In this document: piece after piece, positions 38,335 through 48,300 of the stretch
Layout: each line of letters starts with the position of its first letter
Position numbering within the stretch: the stretch's first letter is position 1
NCBI GenBank assembly: GCA_964444885.1
Contig: CAYUIZ010000001.1
Span: 27,181-91,180 of the forward strand
DNA: 64,000 bases
DNA from: an uncultured Sphingobacteriaceae bacterium
Lineage (GTDB): Bacteria > Bacteroidota > Bacteroidia > Sphingobacteriales > Sphingobacteriaceae
Reading direction: 5' to 3'
Translations under genes and position numbers: made by a program
The notes under the pieces: model-generated
What the model was told of the DNA's origin: nothing
What the model saw: only the letters and a program-made list of their open reading frames with translations
Databases searched by the model: none

Positions 38335-40491
38335 ATGAAGCGTATTTTTTTATTGTTTTTCACCGGCTGCTTGGCTACCATGCTGCTGGCCCAAGAGGCG
38401 AGTCAGGGCATTCGCGTCACTGACATGTTGCGGATTAAGCGCGTCGGCGCGGTGGAATTCGCTCCCGATGGATCCCAAGTCCTGTACACGGTACAGTCGA
38501 TCGTCGCCAACGAGAAGAATCCCATGGACCATGACTTCCAAAATCAGTTGTGGATGGTTGATGCGGATGGGAGTGGTAGTCCAAGGCCTCTAACGGCCGG
38601 TAAACAGGGCTTTTCGCAAGCTTCCTTTAGCCCGGATGGGAAGTCCATTGTATTTGCACGCTCGGTCGACGGCAAGTCACAGCTTTTTCTGCTTTCACTA
38701 GCGGGCGGTGAGCCCATTCAGCTGACCAATCATCGCTACGGTGCGTCCAGTCCGCAGTGGAGCCCGGATGGGAAGCAACTGCTTTTTTCGGCGTCGCTGA
38801 GTTTGGCAGAAGTATTGGCGGATTCCTCAGTCAACCCGGAGAAGGCCTTGCCGGATTGGGATATGGAGAAGCCGGGCTTTGCCGGTAACGCTTTCCTGGA
38901 GAAGTCCGGTGCTAAAGCCGATCCCGACGGATCGATTGCCGAAATAAGGGCCTACCTGGCGCAGAACGAGACCGACAACAAGGCAAAAGTATTCAACAAG
39001 CTGAATTTCCAGACAGAAACGTCTACTTCGTCCGCATTGCGTTTTTCGCATCTTTACGTGGTGGATGCGGTACCCGGCGCGGTGCCGCGGGCGCTTACCC
39101 GCGGATTCCGGTCGCACGGCTCGCCGGCTTTTGCGGGCGAGGGCCGCATCCTGTATGCCCTGCGTGGGGAGGCAGGCGTGCACCCAGACCGCGCACAAGG
39201 TGGTTCGATCCGCCTGTTGGATTTGACAACCGGCGCCGATACGGAATTCCGCACCCATCCGGGACATAACCTATCGATTAGCGCCGTGTCGCCATCTGGG
39301 CGCTATGTGGCGTACCAGGAAAGCGCGATAGGCACGCCACGCGTTCCGAAACTCTATGTCCTGCCCGTGGATGATGCGCAAGCCTTGCCGGTATATATTG
39401 AGTTTGACCGCAACAAAAGCGACGTGCAATGGAGTGCCGATGAGTCGACCCTCTATTTTGTGTCGCCCAGCAACGGTGGGTCGGTGCTTTGCCGGGCCGA
39501 TATCGGCAATGGGCGGGTAGAGCGCTTGAGCAGTGAGGATGAAGGTGTTTCGTCGTACGATATGCACGGCCAGCAGCTGGTTTTTGCGAAAAATGATGTC
39601 CGTAATCCGTCCGATTTGTATGTAGCCGATGGGGGCGCGGTGGCGGATGCGCGGAAGCTGACCGACTTGAATGGCGACTGGCTCGCGCAGCGGGAGCTGA
39701 GTATCCCGGAAAAATTCAGTTTCACCAATGAGTTGGGGCTGGAGGTTGAATATTGGGTGATGAAGCCCATCGGCTTCGAGCCAGGCAAAACGTATCCGTT
39801 GTTGTTGGAGATACACGGCGGACCATCGGCCATGTGGGGGCCGGGCGAGGCGAGCATGTGGCACGAATTCCAGTTTTTCTGTGCGCAGGGTTATGGTGTG
39901 GTATACAGCAATCCGCGCGGTTCTGGAGGCTACGGCGAGACATTCCTGCGCGCCAATATGGACGATTGGGGTGCGGGGCCGGCTGCGGATGCACTGGGTG
40001 CCCTGGACCGGACGATCGCCCAAGGCTGGGCGGATACGTCCAAGTTGCTTGTTTCGGGGGGCTCTTATGCCGGCTATCTGGTGAGCTGGATTATCGCCCA
40101 TGACCAGCGCTTCGCGGCGGCGTGCAGCCAGCGGGGCGTATACGACCTGCGGACGTTCTTCGGTGAAGGCAACGCATGGCGGCTGGTGCCAAGCTATTTT
40201 GGTGGGCATCCTTGGGAGCCTGAGGTGTATAAAACCTTGGAGCGGGAGTCGCCAATCAATTACGTGGATCAAATTAAAACACCCTACATTATTTTTCACG
40301 GCGAGCAGGACCTGCGCACCGGGGTAATCCAAAGCGAGATGCTGTATAAGAGCCTCAAAGTATTGGAACGTCCTGTGGAATACGTACGCCATCCGGGTGC
40401 GGGTCACGAAATCACGCGCAGTGGCGACAACCGCCAACGCATCGATCAGATGCTCCGCACCTACGAATTTTTCGAGCGATGGGTTCGTTAG
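38335..40491 (+). CDS. S9 family serine peptidase (prolyl oligopeptidase/acylaminoacyl-peptidase type) with N-terminal beta-propeller
   Basis: Signal peptide. TolB-like repeats (FSPDGKSIVF, WSPDGKQLLF). Nucleophile motif SGGSYAGY, plus HGEQDLR and PGAGHE. Confidence 0.9.
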   Translation: MKRIFLLFFTGCLATMLLAQEASQGIRVTDMLRIKRVGAVEFAPDGSQVLYTVQSIVANEKNPMDHDFQNQLWMVDADGSGSPRPLTAGKQGFSQASFSPDGKSIVFARSVDGKSQLFLLSLAGGEPIQLTNHRYGASSPQWSPDGKQLLFSASLSLAEVLADSSVNPEKALPDWDMEKPGFAGNAFLEKSGAKADPDGSIAEIRAYLAQNETDNKAKVFNKLNFQTETSTSSALRFSHLYVVDAVPGAVPRALTRGFRSHGSPAFAGEGRILYALRGEAGVHPDRAQGGSIRLLDLTTGADTEFRTHPGHNLSISAVSPSGRYVAYQESAIGTPRVPKLYVLPVDDAQALPVYIEFDRNKSDVQWSADESTLYFVSPSNGGSVLCRADIGNGRVERLSSEDEGVSSYDMHGQQLVFAKNDVRNPSDLYVADGGAVADARKLTDLNGDWLAQRELSIPEKFSFTNELGLEVEYWVMKPIGFEPGKTYPLLLEIHGGPSAMWGPGEASMWHEFQFFCAQGYGVVYSNPRGSGGYGETFLRANMDDWGAGPAADALGALDRTIAQGWADTSKLLVSGGSYAGYLVSWIIAHDQRFAAACSQRGVYDLRTFFGEGNAWRLVPSYFGGHPWEPEVYKTLERESPINYVDQIKTPYIIFHGEQDLRTGVIQSEMLYKSLKVLERPVEYVRHPGAGHEITRSGDNRQRIDQMLRTYEFFERWVR

Positions 40492-40633
40492 TTTGGGATA
40501 AAACGCGCATAATTTGTCACTTTTCTTTGATAATAACCAAAAAGCAACATATTTTTTCCCTTCAACAAAACATTTGTGTCAACTCGCCGTTATAGATTTA
40601 GGTTTAGGTTGATAAAAAAACTTTATGTTTTTT

Positions 40634-40663
40634 ACCGCACTTCCCAAAGGTGCGGTTTTTTTT
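40634..40663 (+). terminator. Rho-independent terminator downstream of the S9 peptidase gene
   Basis: accgcac / ttcccaaag / gtgcggt, followed by a T-run of at least 7. Confidence 0.65.
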
Positions 40664-40678
40664 GTTTTTAGGCCTCCG

Positions 40679-41620
40679 TTAATGGACGGCGAACAGCTTG
40701 CTGTTCAGGTATTTTTTCTTGTATTCCAGGGGTGTCATGTCGGTTACCTTCTTAAAATGCCGGTAAAAATTGGATACATTATTAAATCCGCATTCGAAGC
40801 AGATCACCTCCGTGGGCAGCAAATCTTCCACGAGCATCCGACAAGCGTGGCTGATGCGTATTTCGATCAGGAAATCATAAAACGTCTTGTTGGTCATCGT
40901 CCGGAAATACCGACAAAAGGAGGTGGTACTCAGGTTGGCAATAGACGCGATTTCCACGAGACTGATTTCTTTCTTGTAGTTGCTGAGCGTATACGAGCAT
41001 ATGCGGTTGAGTCGGGCTGTGTCCATTTCGTTCGACTTGTAAAAGGCGTGGGCCGAGGCGATGGGTTCGTACTCGCTGGTTTCGGCCAGTAGCTTGAGCA
41101 TAGACATGAGGATGATGACGCGGTCGAGACCGTGGGCATCCGTAGCCTTTTGCATTAAATCCGCCAACAAGAACCGGCTCTCTCCAACGATTTTCATACC
41201 TTTCTGTGCCTTTTCGAAGAGGGTAGGGATGAGGTATGTCTCGGGCAGATTGAGAAAATCCCGACCTAGGCAATGCGGTAAGAAATGGATCACATTAGCT
41301 TCCACCTTGCGGTCGGGGCGGTTCTGGTAAAATTCTTCGTTGCATTGCCACATATGTGGGAGATTGGCCCCGAGCATGATGATTTCGCCTGGCGAAAAGT
41401 TGCCGATATTGTCCCCAATAAACCGGACGCCTTCGCCCCGGATGACATGATGCAGTTCAAGTTCGGGATGGTAATGCCATACGGAACCAAAATTAGACTG
41501 GATGTCGTGCCGTATGCTGAACGAGTTCTGAATTTGTGTCGGCACTTTGTGAAAAGATGGTTTCATGTGCGTCGAGCTAGGTTTCCGGCGCGTTGCCGCA
41601 GGGTTGGAAACAGTTTGCAA
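40679..41620 (-). CDS. AraC family transcriptional regulator with N-terminal cupin domain
   Basis: Cupin segment WHYHPELELHHVIRGEGVRFIGD. C-terminal double HTH (IASIANLSTTSFCRYFR ... GFNNVSNFYRHFKK). It is divergent from the 41834 gene array. Confidence 0.85.
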   Translation of the reverse strand: MQTVSNPAATRRKPSSTHMKPSFHKVPTQIQNSFSIRHDIQSNFGSVWHYHPELELHHVIRGEGVRFIGDNIGNFSPGEIIMLGANLPHMWQCNEEFYQNRPDRKVEANVIHFLPHCLGRDFLNLPETYLIPTLFEKAQKGMKIVGESRFLLADLMQKATDAHGLDRVIILMSMLKLLAETSEYEPIASAHAFYKSNEMDTARLNRICSYTLSNYKKEISLVEIASIANLSTTSFCRYFRTMTNKTFYDFLIEIRISHACRMLVEDLLPTEVICFECGFNNVSNFYRHFKKVTDMTPLEYKKKYLNSKLFAVH

Positions 41621-41833
41621 TTGTTGTTAGTTGGTGTGGACGGCATGACGCCTCTTAACCACCTTACTAAGGTATGTAAATAAAACTCATGCACCAAGCA
41701 AATGATAATATCCTACAATAACTCGCTAATAAGTGCTAAAAAAATGCGCGGATACGGATACACCTTTGTTAAGGAGGAATCCACAGGGCACCCTCCCTAC
41801 AAAACCTGACATAAACCAACGGAAATACCTATC

Positions 41834-43444
41834 ATGGATCAAAAGAAAGTATGGCTTGTTGCCAGTGGCGACTTGCGTTTGGGAGCCAATCAGCTTTGTT
41901 GGCCAGCCCAAGCAGAAATGGAAGCGTTGCTCGGCGAGGCTCTTGCCAAGGCAGGCTGGGCCGTTGTGCGGGCGCATGCCTACGACGAAGCCAAGCAACA
42001 TGGGTTTATTGACTCCCAGCGTATGGGCATTGAGGTGTTCAAGGCGATTCCCCGGGATGCGCCGCTCATTGTAGCCGAGAGCGTTTGGCAATACACGCAC
42101 CACGTGCTCGCTGGCCTTACCACGCACCGGGGTCCGATTCTTACCGTGGCCAATTGGAGTGGCCAATGGCCGGGGTTAGTGGGTATGCTTAACCTCAATG
42201 GTTCGCTGACCAAGGCTGGCGTGGCATATAGTACCTTGTGGAGCGAGCGGTTCGACGATCTTTTTTTTGTGGACAAACTGGAAGCGTGGCTGGCCAACGG
42301 CCACATCAGCCATGATGAATCACACGTCGTCGACTATTCGGAATCCGCGATAGGCGCCGAGGAGCGTGGGATTGGCCAGGAGTTCGCCTCACGGTTTCGG
42401 GACGAAAAAGCGATTATGGGCGTGTTTGACGAAGGCTGCATGGGCATGTTCAATGCGATTATCCCCGATGACCTGCTGCATGCCACAGGCGTATTTAAAG
42501 AACGATTAAGCCAGTCTGCGCTCTACGCGCGTATGCTGACCGTAACGGACGATGAAGCCGAGCACGTGTTGCGGTGGCTGCAGGATAAGGGCATGGAATT
42601 CAAATGGGGGAACGACGAGGCGACTGAATTGACCCGCCGCCAAACCCTCGAACAATGCAAAATGTATATCGCGGCCGTCCGTATCGCGGACGAGTTTGGC
42701 TGTGACACCATTGGCATCCAGTACCAGCAGGGCTTGAAAGATTTGACCATCGCCAGTGATTTGGTCGAAGGCCTGCTAAACAATACGCATCGGCCGCCTG
42801 TGTTTGATGGCGATGGCCGCGAACTGTTTCCAGGCGTCGCTATTCCGCACTTTAACGAGGTCGACGAATGCGCCGGCCTGGATTCCTTGCTGACCTACCA
42901 TCTGTGGCGGCAGCTAGGCATGAACGGAGACAATACGCTCCACGATATACGCTGGGGACAACAGTATACGGGCGAAGGAATCGATGATTACGTCTGGGTT
43001 TTCCTGATCTCGGGTGCTGTTCCGGCATCGCACTTTGCCGGAGGCTACGGCGCGGCATCCAGCTGGCGCCAATCCCCGATGTATTTCCGGTTAGGCGGCG
43101 GTACGTTGCGTGGCGTGAGTAAGCCCGGGCCCATCGTCTGGAGCCGCATTTACGTAGACGGGAACCAATTGCACGCCGATTTGGGCGTGGGCAACGCATT
43201 GCAGTTGCCTGACGAAGAAACGGAGCGCCGGTGGCAGGCTACCTCGCCCGAATGGCCGATCATGCACGCTAGCTTAGCAGGCGTCAGCCGCGACCAATTG
43301 ATGGCGAAGCACAAGGCAAACCACATTCACGTCGTCTATGCCGACAGTGCGGAACAAGCGCAACGGGCTTGCCGTATTAAAGCGGCGGCCCTGGCCACCT
43401 TGGGCGTCCAGGTACATTTCTGTGGTGATGTTGAATTGAAATAA
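41834..43444 (+). CDS. L-fucose isomerase-family (FucI-like, divergent) aldose-ketose isomerase
   Basis: 536 aa. The C-terminal part parallels FucI ([11 protein letters not shown]..., WPIMHASL..., KANHIHVVY). It does not resemble canonical AraA. Specificity is unknown. Confidence 0.7.
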   Translation: MDQKKVWLVASGDLRLGANQLCWPAQAEMEALLGEALAKAGWAVVRAHAYDEAKQHGFIDSQRMGIEVFKAIPRDAPLIVAESVWQYTHHVLAGLTTHRGPILTVANWSGQWPGLVGMLNLNGSLTKAGVAYSTLWSERFDDLFFVDKLEAWLANGHISHDESHVVDYSESAIGAEERGIGQEFASRFRDEKAIMGVFDEGCMGMFNAIIPDDLLHATGVFKERLSQSALYARMLTVTDDEAEHVLRWLQDKGMEFKWGNDEATELTRRQTLEQCKMYIAAVRIADEFGCDTIGIQYQQGLKDLTIASDLVEGLLNNTHRPPVFDGDGRELFPGVAIPHFNEVDECAGLDSLLTYHLWRQLGMNGDNTLHDIRWGQQYTGEGIDDYVWVFLISGAVPASHFAGGYGAASSWRQSPMYFRLGGGTLRGVSKPGPIVWSRIYVDGNQLHADLGVGNALQLPDEETERRWQATSPEWPIMHASLAGVSRDQLMAKHKANHIHVVYADSAEQAQRACRIKAAALATLGVQVHFCGDVELK

Positions 43445-43459
43445 AGAAAAAAAGGACAT

Positions 43460-45103
43460 ATGGAACGCTTTGCTATCGGCTTAGATTTTGGAACCGATTC
43501 CGTGAGAGCGTTGCTCGTTGACGCGCGGACCGGCGTAGAGGTGGGTGCGGCCGTGAGCCACTACCCGCGCTGGCGGCAAGGGTTGTTTTGCGACCCGTTG
43601 CGTGCGCAGTTCCGCCAGCACCCGCTCGACTATTTGGAAGCCATGGAAGCCAGCGTGCACGAACTGCTCGCCAGCGTCGACCCCAGCGTCATTCCCCATA
43701 TCGTGGGGCTAGGCGTGGACACTACCGGTTCGACGCCGGTGGCTGTGGACCGGCAGGGCACGCCGTTGGCGCTGTTGCCCGAGTTTGCCGAAAACCCCAA
43801 CGCCATGTTTGTGCTTTGGAAGGACCATACCGCGATTGCTGAAGCGGAAGAGATCAATCAGCTCGCCCGCGAATGGGAAATAGATTTCACCCAGTATTCG
43901 GGAGGTATTTATTCGTCCGAATGGTTTTGGTCGAAAATCCTCCATATCCTTCGTGCGGACGAAGCCGTGCGTTCCAACGCGTATTCCTGGGTGGAGCATT
44001 GCGACTGGATGCCGGCGTTGCTGTGCGGTGAAACCGACCCGTTGGCGATGAAACGCAGCCGTTGTGCGGCGGGCCACAAAGCGATGTGGCATGCATCTTT
44101 CGGCGGACTGCCCTCAGAGGAATTCCTGACGGCGCTGGATCCACTGCTCGAGGGGGTGCGGCGCAAGCTGTACACGGATACGTACACCTCCGACCAAGCC
44201 GTCGGCCGCCTCAGCGCCACATGGGCCGCGCGCCTGGGATTGCACGAAGGGGTGGCGGTAGCCGTGGGTGCCATCGATGCGCATTTCGGAGCCGTAGGCG
44301 CTGCTATCGAACCCTATTCGATGGTGAAGGTGGTGGGCACCTCGACCTGTGATATGCTCGTCGCCCCCATGGAAAAACACCGCGACCAGCTCGTTCGCGG
44401 TATCTGCGGCCAGGTAGACGGCTCTATCCTTCCCAATATGTTGGGCATGGAAGCGGGGCAGTCGGCTTTTGGCGATCTATATCAGTGGTTTGCCAACTTG
44501 CTGGCATTCCCCTTAATCCACCTCGCGCCAGATTCGGGCATTAGTCCGCATGAAGCGTCCAACCGCATATTGGCCCTGCTCGACGAGCAAGCATCCCAAT
44601 TGGCGGTGACGGAGCAGGATGAAATTATCCTCGATTGGGTCAACGGGCGTCGCACGCCCGACGCGCACCCGGGCTTGCAGGCTTGGATCACCGGAGTCCG
44701 GCTGGGGACGGACGCCCCGCGCTTGTTCAAAGCGATCGTGGAGTCTACCGCCTTCGGATCCAAAGCCATCATCGAGCGGTTCGAAGAGGAGGGCATACCC
44801 GTCAAAACGGTATCCGCCACGGGGGGCATCAGCAAAAAGTCGGCGTTCGTCATGCAGACGCTCGCTAACGTATTGGGGCGGCCTATCCGGGTCGTGCGCA
44901 GCGGGCAGACCTGCGCGCTCGGGGCAGCCATGTACGCAGCCGTCGTGGGTGGCGTGTATAGCGACATCGGCGATGCACAGCAAGCCATGTCGTCAGGCTA
45001 TGACCGCGAATACCTGCCACAGCCTGAAAAAACCCGAACTTACAGCGTCCTGTACCAGCGCTATAAAAGGCTGGGCCAGCTACAGGAAGATAATATGCTA
45101 TAG
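43460..45103 (+). CDS. araB: Ribulokinase (FGGY family, AraB-type)
   Basis: Near-colinear with E. coli AraB motifs: IGLDFGTDSVRAL, GVDTTGSTP, FAENPNAMFVLWKDHTA, GGIYSSEWFWSKILH, GTSTCDML, GICGQVDGSILP, EAGQSAFGD, DWVNGRRTP. Confidence 0.9.
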   Translation: MERFAIGLDFGTDSVRALLVDARTGVEVGAAVSHYPRWRQGLFCDPLRAQFRQHPLDYLEAMEASVHELLASVDPSVIPHIVGLGVDTTGSTPVAVDRQGTPLALLPEFAENPNAMFVLWKDHTAIAEAEEINQLAREWEIDFTQYSGGIYSSEWFWSKILHILRADEAVRSNAYSWVEHCDWMPALLCGETDPLAMKRSRCAAGHKAMWHASFGGLPSEEFLTALDPLLEGVRRKLYTDTYTSDQAVGRLSATWAARLGLHEGVAVAVGAIDAHFGAVGAAIEPYSMVKVVGTSTCDMLVAPMEKHRDQLVRGICGQVDGSILPNMLGMEAGQSAFGDLYQWFANLLAFPLIHLAPDSGISPHEASNRILALLDEQASQLAVTEQDEIILDWVNGRRTPDAHPGLQAWITGVRLGTDAPRLFKAIVESTAFGSKAIIERFEEEGIPVKTVSATGGISKKSAFVMQTLANVLGRPIRVVRSGQTCALGAAMYAAVVGGVYSDIGDAQQAMSSGYDREYLPQPEKTRTYSVLYQRYKRLGQLQEDNML

Positions 45104-45191
45104 AAACAAGGGAAAATAGTGTATCCTCCGTAAAGGATTGCCTATTAACTTTGCTGTCGATAACCTATCAACAAACCAAAAATACGCCGCG

Positions 45192-46739
45192 ATGAAAAAC
45201 CTGCCGATAATCGATTTGTCCATCATTTTGGTGTATCTGCTCGCCATGGTCTTGGTAGGGGTTTGGTTTTCGCGAAAAAACAAAAGTTCAGAACAGTTTA
45301 CCAAGGCTTCCGGTTCCATACCGGGCTGGGCCGTCGGTATCTCGCTATATGCCACCTTTCTGAGCAGCAACACTTTCCTGGGTGTGCCGGGCAAGGCTTT
45401 CGGTACCAACTGGAATGCCTTTGTGTTCAGTTTGTCCATGCCACTCGCAGCGTGGGTGGCTGCCAAGTATTTCGTTCCCTTTTACCGGGCATCGGGCGGC
45501 ATATCCGCGTACACGCACTTAGAGCATCGATTTGGTCCCTGGGCGCGCACCTACGCCATGGTCTGCTTCCTGTTGACCCAGCTGGCCCGCATGGGCTCGA
45601 TTTTCTTCGGTATCGCCCTGAGCCTACAGGCGCTTACGGGTTATGACATGGTGACCATTATGCTCGTCACCGGCGTCTGTATCGTGGTGTATACAGTGAT
45701 GGGGGGCATGGAAGCCGTTATCTGGACTGAGGTGGCGCAGGGTATCCTGCTAACCCTCGGGGGACTGCTGATTCTGTATCTGGCAGCCGCCAATGTGGAG
45801 GGAGGCGTTGCGGGCATCGTGGATATCGGCTTGAGCGACGGAAAATTCAGCTTGGGCAGCTTTGACTGGGATTTTGTCGGGCCTTCTTTTTGGGTTATCC
45901 TCCTTTACGGATTTTTTATCAACCTAAATAATTTCGGGATGGACCAGAATTACGTGCAACGCTACCATACCGCTGTTTCGGCTAAAGAAGCGGCTAAGTC
46001 GGTGTGGCTGTGCGTCAAGCTGTATATCCCGATTTCTTTGCTTTTCTTCGTCATTGGATCCGTGCTCTATGCGTATTATGCACAAAACCCGGAGCTGACG
46101 GATGCAATCCGTCTGCAAGCCGCGGCCGAAAGGCTGCCCAGCAGTGCGTCCCTGGCGGAGATCACCGCGCTTGCCAATACGTTGCACGCCGAAGACTTTG
46201 GCGACAAGGTGATGCCGCATTTCATGGTCAATATGGTGCCCGTCGGACTTCTGGGGCTGGTGATATCCGCAATTATAGCCGCGGCGATGAGTACCATCAG
46301 CTCGGGCATGAACGCTTCCGCTACGGTCTTCACCGAAGATATCTACAAGCGATACATTCGTCCGGAAAGCACGAATAAGCAGACCTTGCGCATTTTATTT
46401 ATTACTACGGCAGTCTTCGGCATATTGGGTATCGTAGCGGGTATCGGGATGATTGGCGTCACCAGCATCCTCGATGTGTGGTGGCAGCTGTCAGGTATTT
46501 TTGCCGGCGGTATGCTGGGGCTCTTCCTCTTGGGCATCATCAGTAAAAAAGCTAATAACAACGACGCGATCCTCGCCACGATTGCCGGGGTGTTAGCCAT
46601 TCTGTGGATGACGTTCTCGTATTTGATTCCGAGCCAATATTCGTTTCTCAAGTATCCGCTCCATGCCAATATGATTATTGTGGTCGGCACGCTCGTCATT
46701 TCCCTGGTGGGCGCGGCATTGGCACGACGGAGGCGCTAA
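45192..46739 (+). CDS. Sodium:solute symporter (SSS) family transporter
   Basis: About 13 TM helices. SSS-type N-terminus (LVYLLAMVLVGVWFSRK) and the GGMEAVIWTEVAQ segment. I chose the start at MKNLPII (45192); the ORF opens at 45138. Confidence 0.85.
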   Translation: MKNLPIIDLSIILVYLLAMVLVGVWFSRKNKSSEQFTKASGSIPGWAVGISLYATFLSSNTFLGVPGKAFGTNWNAFVFSLSMPLAAWVAAKYFVPFYRASGGISAYTHLEHRFGPWARTYAMVCFLLTQLARMGSIFFGIALSLQALTGYDMVTIMLVTGVCIVVYTVMGGMEAVIWTEVAQGILLTLGGLLILYLAAANVEGGVAGIVDIGLSDGKFSLGSFDWDFVGPSFWVILLYGFFINLNNFGMDQNYVQRYHTAVSAKEAAKSVWLCVKLYIPISLLFFVIGSVLYAYYAQNPELTDAIRLQAAAERLPSSASLAEITALANTLHAEDFGDKVMPHFMVNMVPVGLLGLVISAIIAAAMSTISSGMNASATVFTEDIYKRYIRPESTNKQTLRILFITTAVFGILGIVAGIGMIGVTSILDVWWQLSGIFAGGMLGLFLLGIISKKANNNDAILATIAGVLAILWMTFSYLIPSQYSFLKYPLHANMIIVVGTLVISLVGAALARRRR

Positions 46740-46788
46740 TCAGGGCGCGCTGCCCAAGCTTACCCGACTGCTGACGGAAACCTGGCTT

Positions 46789-48192
46789 ATGAGAGGACAT
46801 TCGTTAAAAAAGATCTTTCGGCATCCCGCGGTGCCGGCCGTTATGCTGTGCGCGGCGGCGTGTGGCCATCAACCTACACCGACTATGGATTTTATCGAAA
46901 CTCAACTCACCGTAGCCCCGCAGGGGCATACCATCCACCATACGCAGGTTTTTTCGCCGGACGGCCAATGGGTGGTGTACGACATCCGCAATGACGACAC
47001 GAAAATCGGCAGCACCGGACGCATTGAGATGGTAAACGTACACACCGGCGAGGTCCGTTTGCTGTATGCCGTGCCCAACCAAACGGAATACGGGCCCGGT
47101 GTGGGGGCGGCGACATTCTCACCGGCCGGAGACACCGTGCTATTTATCCACGGCATACGCAACGCCGACGAGTCCCGTCCGTATGCCTTGACCCGGCGGA
47201 CGGCCGTAGCCATTGAGGTGGCCAATCCGGGCGTTCCTATCTTCATGGATGCCCGGGATATCGATCCGCCGTTCACCCCAGGGGCGCTTCGCGGCGGCAC
47301 GCACGCCCATTCCTGGAGCGGAGATGGCCGCTGGCTGAGCTTCACCTACAACGACTGGGTGATGGAACAGCTTGCCCGAGAAGATCCCTCCGTGCAAGAT
47401 TTGCGAACCGTAGGCGTGATGGTTCCGGGACGCGTGGTCGTGGGGCAAGACCCGGTCCTGGAAAACCATGGTGGCGAGTGCTTTTCGGTGGTTGTGGCGC
47501 GCGTGACGGAAAATCCGCTCCCCGGCAGTGACGAGATTGACAGGGCTTTTGACGAGTGCTGGATCGGGACCGATGGATACCGCCGGGCAGACGGAAGCTG
47601 GCAGCACCGCGCCATAGCCTTTCAGGGAGATGTCCGCACATCCGCCGGAGACACCGTCACGGAGGTGTTTATTGTGGATCTGCCCGACGACGTTAGGCAG
47701 GCTGTACCCGGCAACCCACTGGAAGGAACCGAACAAGACCGGCCTGGCGTGCCCTCGGGCGTGAGCCAACGACGCCTCACCTTTACGAAAAACGGCGTTC
47801 GCGGACCACGGCATTGGTTGCGGACGACGCCGGACGGCCGTGTTGTGTTTTACCTGTCTGAGGACAGCGATGGCAGGGTACAGGTGTATGGCGTGCCGAC
47901 CAATGGCGGCAGCGCCGTCCAGCTAACGCACAATGCGTTCGGTGTAGAAGGCCAATTTAACGTACATCCGAAAGGAGACCGGCTCATTTACCCGGCTGCA
48001 AACAGCATTTTTATCACGCGGATCGACGACGGGGCTACGTGGCGCATCACCCGCCGTTTTGAAGCGGGATCGGCCCCTGTCGGCGCCCCGCACTGGTCGC
48101 CGGACGGCGAAAGGATTATTTACAGTCGCTACGTGGGCGAAGGGGACGAGCGGTACTTACAGCTGTTTTTGCTGGAACCGAACACCCGGTAG
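46789..48192 (+). CDS. YidR/DUF3748-like beta-propeller lipoprotein
   Basis: Lipobox-like VMLCAAAC. Segments VNVHTGEV, LRGGTHAHSWS, SFTYNDW, PGSDEIDRAF, QRRLTFT and PRHWLR match my memory of the YidR family. The ORF's 5' extension to 46678 overlaps the transporter gene. Confidence 0.55.
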   Translation: MRGHSLKKIFRHPAVPAVMLCAAACGHQPTPTMDFIETQLTVAPQGHTIHHTQVFSPDGQWVVYDIRNDDTKIGSTGRIEMVNVHTGEVRLLYAVPNQTEYGPGVGAATFSPAGDTVLFIHGIRNADESRPYALTRRTAVAIEVANPGVPIFMDARDIDPPFTPGALRGGTHAHSWSGDGRWLSFTYNDWVMEQLAREDPSVQDLRTVGVMVPGRVVVGQDPVLENHGGECFSVVVARVTENPLPGSDEIDRAFDECWIGTDGYRRADGSWQHRAIAFQGDVRTSAGDTVTEVFIVDLPDDVRQAVPGNPLEGTEQDRPGVPSGVSQRRLTFTKNGVRGPRHWLRTTPDGRVVFYLSEDSDGRVQVYGVPTNGGSAVQLTHNAFGVEGQFNVHPKGDRLIYPAANSIFITRIDDGATWRITRRFEAGSAPVGAPHWSPDGERIIYSRYVGEGDERYLQLFLLEPNTR

Positions 48193-48300
48193 TGCTTTTG
48201 GCTAACATCCTACAAAACCCCGCCAATTTGATATAGAAGCGATGTGTTAGCAAGTTTTACCTTTGGTTATAGCAAGTTTACGAATACCTGAACATCGATA

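Noticed and set aside
39271-40437. 388-aa ORF on the minus strand
   Set aside because: It is antisense to the S9 peptidase gene, which carries a clear catalytic triad context. I regard it as spurious.
41834-45103. Reading the isomerase-kinase pair as an ordinary L-arabinose (araAB) operon
   Set aside because: This is not fully excluded, but I disfavour it. The isomerase is FucI-like rather than AraA-like, araD is absent from the window, and a NanA/DapA-family aldolase and sialidase-fold genes share the array. I kept it as the explicit alternative in the finding.
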